Below are positions 1-8,013 of a stretch of DNA of 46,849 bases, piece by piece (position 1 is the stretch's first letter; every line of letters begins with the position of its first letter). The position numbers and the translations under genes were made by a program. The notes beneath the pieces are model-generated. The model searched no databases. It saw only the letters and a program-made list of their open reading frames with translations, and had not been told where the DNA came from. Origin of the DNA: a bacterium (lineage in GTDB: Bacteria > UBP14 > UBA6098 > B30-G16); assembly GCA_021162205.1 (NCBI GenBank), contig JAGGZE010000070.1, positions 1 through 46,849 on the forward strand, read 5' to 3'.

Positions 1-101
1 ATACCGTCCCTCCTTGATTTAAAATATTTTTTTAGAACAAGCTCTTTTTCAGTGGAAAAAGAGATTTTCTACAAACTTTTTCCATAAAACCGTAAATTTT
101 T

Positions 102-1190
102 TCAATTTTTTTGTCTATTCACATAATCATAAATATTTTTTGCGATAAACTCTGTGGCATTCGGTTTCCCCAACGATTTCATCGCACTTGCCATTCGATG
201 CAATCTATCTGGATGGTCGATTAAATCCGAAATCGTTGCAAACAGCAAAGATGGCGTCAATTCGTTCTGGTCTATCATCATAGCGGCTTCTGTTTGAACA
301 AACGAACGAGCATTTTTCCGTTGATGGTCCATAGCAGCATAAGGAAATGGAATCAAAATCGCTGGAATGCCGACTACTGCAGTTTCAGCGAGTGTCGATG
401 CTCCTGCGCGGCAGATAATCAAATCACTCGCTCCATAAGCCGATGACATATCCTCGATAAATGGGTGAAGCGAAATTTTTTCATCGAATCGATTTATAAT
501 TTCAGCGAGAACCGAATATTCATCTTTACCGCACTGCCATATTGCCTGAGACCTCTGCGGCAAGCCCCATTCACGAATCATTTTCAAAAAAGTTTCGTTC
601 AATGCCGATGCACCCTGACTTCCACCTGTTAGAAATATCGTGAACTTATCCGCTTCGAGAGCGAATTTTTTTCGCAAGCGACATTGTGATTCTATGCTCG
701 GCTCGATAAATACAGGATTCCCCGAATAAATCGCTCGTCGTTTTCGCCAGAGATACTGCTTGGCATCATCGAAACCTAAAAATATCCGTTTTGCAAAAAG
801 CGATGCCAATTTAGTAGCGAGTCCAGGATATGTATTTTGCTCCTGCCAAAAAATAGGGATGCCTTTTAGTCTGCAGGCTGGTGCGAGTGGCGCCGAAACA
901 TATCCGCCGGTTCCAATTCCGCAGTCTGGCTTGTATTCATCGATGATTTTTCGCATTTGTGCGACCGAATGCCAAAAATTTTTCAAAGAACATCTAATGC
1001 CTTTCCATTGTTTTATATCTATAAGTTCGAGTTTATATCCTCGTTTGGGGACAATTTCGATTTCGAGTCCCCGTTGTGTCCCGATAAATTTGAAATGAGC
1101 ATCGGCATCGATTCTGCTCAATTCATTCGCGATATTAAGTGCGGGAACTATATGTCCACCTGTGCCTCCTCCTGCGATTAGATAGCGCAT
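102..1190 (-). CDS. murG: MurG, undecaprenyl-PP-MurNAc-pentapeptide UDP-GlcNAc transferase (GT28)
   Basis: 362-aa ORF starting MRYLIAGGGTGGHIVPAL (MurG N-terminal glycine loop). Last member of the contiguous mraZ..murG run. Overlaps the ftsW 3' end by 13 nt. Confidence 0.93.
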   Translation of the reverse strand: MRYLIAGGGTGGHIVPALNIANELSRIDADAHFKFIGTQRGLEIEIVPKRGYKLELIDIKQWKGIRCSLKNFWHSVAQMRKIIDEYKPDCGIGTGGYVSAPLAPACRLKGIPIFWQEQNTYPGLATKLASLFAKRIFLGFDDAKQYLWRKRRAIYSGNPVFIEPSIESQCRLRKKFALEADKFTIFLTGGSQGASALNETFLKMIREWGLPQRSQAIWQCGKDEYSVLAEIINRFDEKISLHPFIEDMSSAYGASDLIICRAGASTLAETAVVGIPAILIPFPYAAMDHQRKNARSFVQTEAAMMIDQNELTPSLLFATISDLIDHPDRLHRMASAMKSLGKPNATEFIAKNIYDYVNRQKN

Positions 1191-2320
1191 TTTTCACCTA
1201 TCAGCTCCAATGCTGGTTTTGCTGCCGGCACACGAGCCGCCGCAGATACATTCAATAATACTCCAGCCATAAACATATGAATCACCAATTGTGAACCGCC
1301 ATAACTTATGAATGGCAATGGAATTCCCGTAGTGGGTATCAATCTTGTAACCACGCCGAGATTTATCAGTGCAAAGAACACATATACCGATGTAATCCCG
1401 AATGCGAGATATGCTCCAAACCTGTCTGGTGCTCGGAGAACGATACGCAACCCACGCCATGCGACATAAGCTAATAATGAAACGAGCATTATCGTTCCAA
1501 TAAGTCCGAGTTCCTCACCGATGACAGAAAAGATGAAATCCGTATGAGCTTCGGGTAAATAGAACACTTTTTGCCTGCCTTGTCCGAGTCCGAGACCGAA
1601 AATTCCGCCGCTTCCAAGTGCGATAAGCGATTGCAGTGCTTGATAGCCATCGCCGAGTGGGTCGCTGTGAAGGAAAAATGATTTCAGACGCATCAATGCG
1701 TGATGTGATGTTAACATTAGAAATCCCAGTGCCGCTGTCGATGGAACTCCGATATAGACGAAATGTCGAATCGGTATTCCCGCTACAAGAAGCATTGTAA
1801 TAGTGACCATAAATAAACCCATAACCATTCCGAAGTTCGGTTGAAGAACTATTATTCCGAGAAGGACAACCACAGGTATCATAATAGTGAAAATGCCATC
1901 TTTGAAATTGGGAAGCAATTGCTGTCTTTTTGAACATTCTTCCGCTAAATAGATAACCAATGCGAATTTAGCAATTTCCGATGGTTGAAGTGTGCTCGAA
2001 CCGAACAGTTTTACCCATCTGCTTGCACCTTTAACGGCGTGCATTCCTGCGAGTTCGGGTATCAGCGGCAGAAATAGCAATCCGCAAATAGCGATAATTC
2101 CCCAGAATGCGTATTTCTGCCAAAAATGGTAATCGATGCGCAAACCGAGAAATAAAAATCCAAATCCGATTATAACTCTTACGATTTGCCTTTTCAGGAA
2201 AAACATCGGGTCGCCGAATTTATGTGCACTCGTAACCGACGATGCACTATAAATCATAACTGTGCCGAAAAGCACTAATATCACGAATGCCCAGAAAAGA
2301 TTTTTGTCGTATTTATTCAT
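1178..2320 (-). CDS. ftsW: FtsW, SEDS-family division protein / peptidoglycan glycosyltransferase
   Basis: 380-aa polytopic ORF with SEDS signatures 'YLPEAHTDFIFSVIGEELG' and 'PLPFISYGGS'. Lies between murD and murG as in canonical dcw clusters. Confidence 0.9.
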   Translation of the reverse strand: MNKYDKNLFWAFVILVLFGTVMIYSASSVTSAHKFGDPMFFLKRQIVRVIIGFGFLFLGLRIDYHFWQKYAFWGIIAICGLLFLPLIPELAGMHAVKGASRWVKLFGSSTLQPSEIAKFALVIYLAEECSKRQQLLPNFKDGIFTIMIPVVVLLGIIVLQPNFGMVMGLFMVTITMLLVAGIPIRHFVYIGVPSTAALGFLMLTSHHALMRLKSFFLHSDPLGDGYQALQSLIALGSGGIFGLGLGQGRQKVFYLPEAHTDFIFSVIGEELGLIGTIMLVSLLAYVAWRGLRIVLRAPDRFGAYLAFGITSVYVFFALINLGVVTRLIPTTGIPLPFISYGGSQLVIHMFMAGVLLNVSAAARVPAAKPALELIGEKCAI

Positions 2321-2334
2321 TTTTCGCTACCGAT

Positions 2335-3684
2335 TTATTTTCCCTCGATTATTTTTCTTACAAGATTTTTGAAAAATCTACCTCGTTCCTCGAAATTATT
2401 GAAAGCATCATAACTCGCACATCCCGGAGATAACAGAACCACATCGCCTGGTATAGCAAGCGATACCGCTCGTCTGACAGCTTTCTCGAAATCGGAAATC
2501 ACCGCGCAGGTGATAATATTTTTCGCAAACTGATTCGCCATACTTTCGCCGGTATCTCCTGTGAAAACAGCGGTTTTAACTTTTTGCTTGAAAATATTCC
2601 GTAATGGTGAAAAATTGTTGCCTTTATCATATCCGCCGGCAATTAGCACGATAGGTCTGTCGAATGACAACATCGCAAATTTCAGCGAATCGGGATTGGT
2701 CGATTTCGAATCGTTGACGAATAGAATACCATTATGCTCGAGAAATCTTTCGAGTCTATGCTCGATTCCAGCGAAATTTTTAAGTGTCGTTCTCAAAGAT
2801 TCTGGCGAAATATCGAATGGTATCGTTGTAGCCACAGCGGATAGTGCATTCGAGAGATTATGCGGTCCGGGGATTCCAATTTCTGGTACTTGCATAATTT
2901 TTTCTTCATTGCGATAAATTATTCCTTGTTGTGCATAGGCACCTTGAATTTTTTTCTGCACCGATGAAAACCATAATGGTTTTGAAAATATTTCATCCGA
3001 AACCGATACGACCTCGGGCTGGTCGGCGAAAAGAACTGCATAGTCGTTTTCTTTCTGTCTGTCGAAAATATGGAATTTTGCCTCGTAATATTCCTCGACC
3101 GTCTCGTATCTATCGAGATGGTCTGGGGACAGATTGAGCAACACGGCGATAAATGGATGAAATGTATCTAATGCTTCGAGCTGAAAACTCGACAATTCGA
3201 GCACTGTGACGCTTTCTGGAGTCGATTTAACGACATTTTCAGAATACGGATTTCCAATATTCCCCGCGAGGAGTGTATAGATTCCAGCATCGGCGAATAT
3301 TCTGGCAATCAATGTCGCAGTCGTGCTTTTGCCATTCGAGCCTGTAACGGCGATAACTTTTCCCTGTTCGTGCCTGAATGCGAATTCGATTTCGGAAATC
3401 ACGGGTATTCCGCGCTTTTTTGCCTCATCGAGTATCGGAATGTTCAATGGCACACCCGGACTGACAATTATCATATCGCTTTTATAAATTTTATCGGAGT
3501 GTCCGCCGAGCTCGATTACAGCATTTGTGCCATCGAATTTTTCGGCACGACCACGCAATTTAGGAGTATCGTGGGCATCGGAAATCAACACTTCGAATCC
3601 ATCGGATAGAGCGAGTCTCGCCGCTGATTTGCCGCTTCTCGCAAGTCCGATTATCGCTATTTTTTTATATATAGAATCTATCAT
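2335..3684 (-). CDS. murD: MurD, UDP-MurNAc-L-Ala--D-Glu ligase
   Basis: 449-aa ORF with N-terminal 'IAIIGLARSGKSAA' loop and Mur-ligase ATP loop 'VTGSNGKSTT'. dcw position between mraY and ftsW. Confidence 0.93.
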   Translation of the reverse strand: MIDSIYKKIAIIGLARSGKSAARLALSDGFEVLISDAHDTPKLRGRAEKFDGTNAVIELGGHSDKIYKSDMIIVSPGVPLNIPILDEAKKRGIPVISEIEFAFRHEQGKVIAVTGSNGKSTTATLIARIFADAGIYTLLAGNIGNPYSENVVKSTPESVTVLELSSFQLEALDTFHPFIAVLLNLSPDHLDRYETVEEYYEAKFHIFDRQKENDYAVLFADQPEVVSVSDEIFSKPLWFSSVQKKIQGAYAQQGIIYRNEEKIMQVPEIGIPGPHNLSNALSAVATTIPFDISPESLRTTLKNFAGIEHRLERFLEHNGILFVNDSKSTNPDSLKFAMLSFDRPIVLIAGGYDKGNNFSPLRNIFKQKVKTAVFTGDTGESMANQFAKNIITCAVISDFEKAVRRAVSLAIPGDVVLLSPGCASYDAFNNFEERGRFFKNLVRKIIEGK

Positions 3685-3686
3685 AA

Positions 3687-4775
3687 TTACCTGACCTTAA
3701 ATGATACCAATCCCAAAAGGGCAAAGATTATTCCAAGAATCCAAAATCTTACCACGATTTTCGACTCGTGAAATCCCGACAATTCATAGTGATGGTGCAA
3801 TGGCGACATTTTAAATATCCTTTTGCCATTAGTCGTCTTGAAATATGCTACCTGCAAAATCACCGAAAGCGTTTCTATTACAAGCACTCCACCGGCGATA
3901 AAAAGCATTAATTCCTTTTTCAACATAATCGAAATCACGGCGATAGACGCTCCGAGCGATAATGCACCCGTATCGCCCATAAAGATTTGTGCAGGGAATG
4001 AATTGAACCATAGAAATCCAAGAATAGCACCAGCCATTGCAGCGCAGAAAATAGACAATTCTTCACTGCCTGGAAGATAAGTTATATTGAGATAATTTGT
4101 AAAATCGACTCTACCTGATACATATGCGACAATTGTGAAAGTAACGGCGAGTATGCCCACAAGTCCAGAGGCAAGGCCATCGAGGCCATCGGAGAGATTT
4201 ACCGCATTCGATGTTCCCACTACGACTAATGTCGAAAACAATATATATCCGATGCCCATTTGAAGATAAATGTTTTTGATGAATGGCAGTTCGGTTGCGC
4301 TGCGAAGTTCCCACAGTGGAGGATTCAAATAAATCATTATACCGACTAAAAGGCCAAGTGAAAGTTGACCATATAGTTTATACTTTGCTAAAAGTCCTTT
4401 GGGTTTGCGCTTAATGTCTTTGAGATAATCGTCGAGCCAGCCCACCGCGCCCGTAATCATAAGCGTAACGAGTGCAAGAATTATATAAGGACTGCTGATT
4501 TTCGCCCATAAAAGTGTTCCCGATAAAATTCCTGCAATAATCGCTATTCCACCCATCGTGGGAGTGCCTCTTTTGGTCAGATGCCTTTCGGGAACATCCT
4601 CGCGGATTTGACTTTCATAGCGATGTTTTTTTAGATATTTTATTAAGTAATAAGTTGCAATCCACGAAACGACGAAACCGGTGGTAACAGACATTACCAT
4701 TCGGAAAGTTATATATCGAAACAGATTAAAGAAAATAAAATGTTTCCATAATGGATGTAGCGCGTAGTATAGCAT
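3687..4775 (-). CDS. mraY: MraY, phospho-MurNAc-pentapeptide translocase
   Basis: 362-aa polytopic ORF with 'NAVNLSDGLDGLA' and 'FMGDTGALSLG' motifs typical of MraY. Its ATG shares one base with the stop of the upstream small ORF (TAATG). Confidence 0.95.
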   Translation of the reverse strand: MLYYALHPLWKHFIFFNLFRYITFRMVMSVTTGFVVSWIATYYLIKYLKKHRYESQIREDVPERHLTKRGTPTMGGIAIIAGILSGTLLWAKISSPYIILALVTLMITGAVGWLDDYLKDIKRKPKGLLAKYKLYGQLSLGLLVGIMIYLNPPLWELRSATELPFIKNIYLQMGIGYILFSTLVVVGTSNAVNLSDGLDGLASGLVGILAVTFTIVAYVSGRVDFTNYLNITYLPGSEELSIFCAAMAGAILGFLWFNSFPAQIFMGDTGALSLGASIAVISIMLKKELMLFIAGGVLVIETLSVILQVAYFKTTNGKRIFKMSPLHHHYELSGFHESKIVVRFWILGIIFALLGLVSFKVR

Positions 4776-5032
4776 TATTTTCCTTTCAGTGCTTTCGAGA
4801 ACGGTGATGAAAAATTCAATTTTCGATTGTTCGCCGGGACAATACCAGCTTTTGCCGACCGATACAGTGGTGGTAAATCTGGTTTCCAGTAAAATCGTCC
4901 TGCAAAATATCGGTCATCTATTTTTTCTTCGACTTTTCGCATAACAATCGTTATTGCAAGTCCCTGAGCGAAAATCCCGACAATCGTCACGAAAATTATA
5001 GTCGCGAATATTATTTTTCTTTCGATAACCAT
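4775..5032 (-). CDS. small single-pass membrane protein of unknown function inserted in the dcw cluster
   Basis: 85-aa ORF with one hydrophobic helix (IIFATIIFVTIVGIFAQGLAITIV). Its ATG overlaps the murF 3' end by 22 nt and its stop overlaps the mraY ATG (TAATG). I recognise no family. Confidence 0.5.
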   Translation of the reverse strand: MVIERKIIFATIIFVTIVGIFAQGLAITIVMRKVEEKIDDRYFAGRFYWKPDLPPLYRSAKAGIVPANNRKLNFSSPFSKALKGK

Positions 5033-6375
5033 TTTTTCAATTCCTCCACAAATTTTATCATCCCGATGCTGTGTGAACCCTTGATTAGAACAAGGTCGCC
5101 GGGAAGTAGATTTTCCTTTATGAATTTGAACGCATCATCAAAATTCTGAGTTGCGATAAATTTGCCATTATAGTGCATATTATCGGCTTGTTCTGCGGCG
5201 AATAACATCGATTCTCCGAAAAAAACTGCACAATCGAATTTATGTTCGACAATTTTCGCACCTGCTTGCCGATGATATTTTTCACTGAAATCACCGAGTT
5301 CGAGCATATCGCCGATTATCACCCATTTTCGATTAGCCGGTATCATTTCTATCGTGTCGAATGCCTCCAAAAGCGCGACTGGACTACTGTTATAACTATC
5401 GTCGAGTATTTTTATACCATTCGATTCGGTCAAATCCATTCGATGCGACTGAGAAGCGGAATCGGCTAAATTATCAGAAATAACATTTTGCGGGACATCG
5501 AAGTATGAACCCACAGCGATTGCACATAATGCGGCGTAAATCGGCGCTTTCCCATATAGCTCGAGTTTATAATCGACACCATCGATTGTGAACGATGGTT
5601 TGCCAGCGGAAAACGATAGATTTATCGCTCTGAAATCCGCATTCCGTTCGATTGCATAGGTTATGATTTTACGGCTCGTATTTTTTGCGAATTCATTCAA
5701 TAGTTCCGAATCGATATTCAAAAATAATGGATTATCGGGTGAAAGGTCTTTCGCTATTTTCAATTTCTCTGCAAAAATATTATCGAGCGAACCGAGTCCT
5801 TCGGTATGAACGGAAGCAATCGATGTGATGACCGCGATATCTGGAGCGGCTATTTCTGCGAGTTTGTCCATCTCGTCGGGCTGGTTTATTCCGAGTTCCA
5901 CGACCGCTATTTCTGTGTCCTCATCCATTTCGAGCAATGTCAATGGCAAACCGATAAGATTATTGAAATTTTTCTTCGCACTATGAACATTAAATTTGTG
6001 TGAAAGCACTTTTGTAACCATCTCTCTCGCTGTTGTCTTGCCGACCGAACCTGTGATAGACACAACTTTTGGATTTATCGCATTTCTATATGACAATGCA
6101 AGTTTCCCTAAAGCTGAAAGTGTATCTCGAACAATAATCTGCGGTATCGGAAGTTCGAGTTTTCTTTCGACTACCGCCAACAATGCACCTTTCTGGTAGG
6201 CATCGAGAACAAATTCGTGACCATCGCGTTCGGCTTTCAATGCGAAAAATATCTCGCCTGCCCGAATCGTCCTCGTATCGACACCGACACCGCGAACATA
6301 TACATTCTCTGCATTCTTATCGGTGAGTTCGCCATCGATTATTTCCGCAATATTTTTTATTTTTTCCTGTTTCAT
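5011..6375 (-). CDS. murF: MurF, UDP-MurNAc-tripeptide--D-Ala-D-Ala ligase
   Basis: Mur-ligase ATP loop 'ITGSVGKTTAREM'. The track ORF starts at a TTG (6393); the first ATG (MKQEKIK..., 6375) is preferred. The start is uncertain. Confidence 0.9.
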   Translation of the reverse strand: MKQEKIKNIAEIIDGELTDKNAENVYVRGVGVDTRTIRAGEIFFALKAERDGHEFVLDAYQKGALLAVVERKLELPIPQIIVRDTLSALGKLALSYRNAINPKVVSITGSVGKTTAREMVTKVLSHKFNVHSAKKNFNNLIGLPLTLLEMDEDTEIAVVELGINQPDEMDKLAEIAAPDIAVITSIASVHTEGLGSLDNIFAEKLKIAKDLSPDNPLFLNIDSELLNEFAKNTSRKIITYAIERNADFRAINLSFSAGKPSFTIDGVDYKLELYGKAPIYAALCAIAVGSYFDVPQNVISDNLADSASQSHRMDLTESNGIKILDDSYNSSPVALLEAFDTIEMIPANRKWVIIGDMLELGDFSEKYHRQAGAKIVEHKFDCAVFFGESMLFAAEQADNMHYNGKFIATQNFDDAFKFIKENLLPGDLVLIKGSHSIGMIKFVEELKKWLSKEK

Positions 6376-6404
6376 TTTTTCAAAATTACACAAAGAAAAA
6401 TTTT

Positions 6405-6443
6405 GTGAGGCAAATCCTTTTTGGGAAAAGGGGTTTTCCTCAC
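6405..6443 (-). other. interrupted stem-loop in the murE-murF spacer
   Basis: gtgagg (6405-6410) pairs with cctcac (6438-6443). The inner pairing aaatcc/gggttt includes one G-T wobble. Confidence 0.5.
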
Positions 6444-6470
6444 ATTCCTTTTCTAAAAACTTTAAATATT

Positions 6471-6495
6471 TTCTAACGACCTCTGGTCGTTAGAA
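6471..6495 (-). other. perfect 11-bp stem-loop in the murE-murF spacer
   Basis: ttctaacgacc-tct-ggtcgttagaa. No T-run follows on either strand, so this is not a classical terminator. Confidence 0.6.
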
Positions 6496-6540
6496 ATACA
6501 AAAGTTTTCTAAAAGAGGTTTCTCTCAAAAATGTTTTATT

Positions 6541-8013
6541 TCAAAGTTCTTTTATCGTTTCCTCAGCAATTTCGACATCGTCGAAATGAATTGTTCGTTC
6601 GGCAAAAATTTGATAATCCTCGTGTCCTTTGCCAGCGATTAGCACAGTATCGCCTGCTCGAGCTATCGAAATCGCTCGAAATATCGCATTTTTTCTATCC
6701 GTTATCCGCTCGAAGTTATTACGGACAGTGCCATCGACAATCATATCTATGATTGCATCTGGATTCTCACTTCTCGGATTATCCGATGTTATAATAGCAT
6801 AATCTGCGAGTTCGGTTGCGATGTTGCCCATTATCGGTCTCTTTTCATTATCTCTATCGCCGCCTGCACCAAAAACCACAATCACTCGACCCTCGCTTAA
6901 TTTCCGAGCAGTGATGATAAGATTTTTCAATGCATCGGGCGTATGAGCATAATCGATAATCACTTGAAACGGTTGACCTAAATCGACTATCTGAAATCGT
7001 CCTTTCACATTTTCAACCGACTCGATTCCAGCGATGACATTTTCGACACTGTATCCTGTCGCGAGAGCCGATGCTGCCGCCGCGGTTGCATTATAGATAT
7101 TGAACCGACCAGGTAGATTCAGATGAACTACAAATTCACCCCATCGACTTTTCAATTTGAACTGCGAGCCGGAAAAATTCATAGAAATGGGCTCGGATAT
7201 TACATCGGCATTTTTATTTTCTATTGCATAGGTCAAAAGTTTCCCTCGATTAAGTTCGATTATCGTTTTGCTCGCCGGGTCGTCTATATTTACTACCGAA
7301 ATCGAATCTAATTCGCTCGACTCGAATAATTTGCATTTCGCCAGTAGATAACTTTCCATATCGCTGTGATAATCGAGATGGTCCCGACTTAAATTAGTGA
7401 ATATCGATGAGCGAAAATTCAATCCCAAAATTCGTTTCTGGTCTATTCCGTGCGATGATGCCTCGATTGCGACCGCCGTAATTCCTCTATCTCGCATTCG
7501 AGCTAGCAATTTCCACAATGATTCGACATCGGGAGTTGTTATCGACATATTTTTTGTGATACCATCATCGAACATATATCCCAATGTTCCGATAACACCC
7601 GCTTTCTCGCCAGCGGATTTGAAAATATTCCATAAAATATAGGTCGTCGTAGTTTTGCCATTTGTTCCTGTAACTGCGTATAATTTTTTTGGCGGTTCGC
7701 TCAAAAAGAATTCGAGTAAAAAGACGAGTGTCTCATAAGTGTCATCGACTAAAATTAGTGGAATCGGGAAATTTCGATTTAGACAATATTTATCGGCGAC
7801 AATGCAAACCGCTCCATTTTCGATTGCCTGCTCGATAAAATTATGCCCATCGGAATTCACACCTTTTATTGCAACAAAAATTTTACCATCATCGACTTTC
7901 CTCGAATCGGATGTTATACCATTTGCAGTTAAATCCTCGACATCACCGATGATTTTGCAATCGATTTTGGACTTAATTTTCTCGATAATTGTTTTTAGTT
8001 TTTTGGGTATCAA
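6541..8013 (-). CDS. murE: MurE, UDP-MurNAc-L-Ala-D-Glu--2,6-diaminopimelate ligase
   Basis: Mur-ligase loop 'VTGTNGKTTTTYI' and a 'DNPR' motif (TSDNPRSENP) typical of meso-DAP-adding MurE. The track start at 8040 is a TTG. An in-frame TTG at 8013 has a strong SD (AGGAG, 8020-8024) 6 nt upstream and is preferred. Confidence 0.9.
   Translation of the reverse strand: MIPKKLKTIIEKIKSKIDCKIIGDVEDLTANGITSDSRKVDDGKIFVAIKGVNSDGHNFIEQAIENGAVCIVADKYCLNRNFPIPLILVDDTYETLVFLLEFFLSEPPKKLYAVTGTNGKTTTTYILWNIFKSAGEKAGVIGTLGYMFDDGITKNMSITTPDVESLWKLLARMRDRGITAVAIEASSHGIDQKRILGLNFRSSIFTNLSRDHLDYHSDMESYLLAKCKLFESSELDSISVVNIDDPASKTIIELNRGKLLTYAIENKNADVISEPISMNFSGSQFKLKSRWGEFVVHLNLPGRFNIYNATAAAASALATGYSVENVIAGIESVENVKGRFQIVDLGQPFQVIIDYAHTPDALKNLIITARKLSEGRVIVVFGAGGDRDNEKRPIMGNIATELADYAIITSDNPRSENPDAIIDMIVDGTVRNNFERITDRKNAIFRAISIARAGDTVLIAGKGHEDYQIFAERTIHFDDVEIAEETIKEL

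Noticed and set aside
1-101. SD-like AAGGAGGG (minus strand, plus coordinates 8-15) and the hairpin ctcttttt/aaaaagag (about 43-64) downstream of murG. This suggests that the next dcw gene starts at the window edge.
   Set aside because: The start codon would fall at or beyond position 1, so no CDS can be supported. The hairpin has no T-run.
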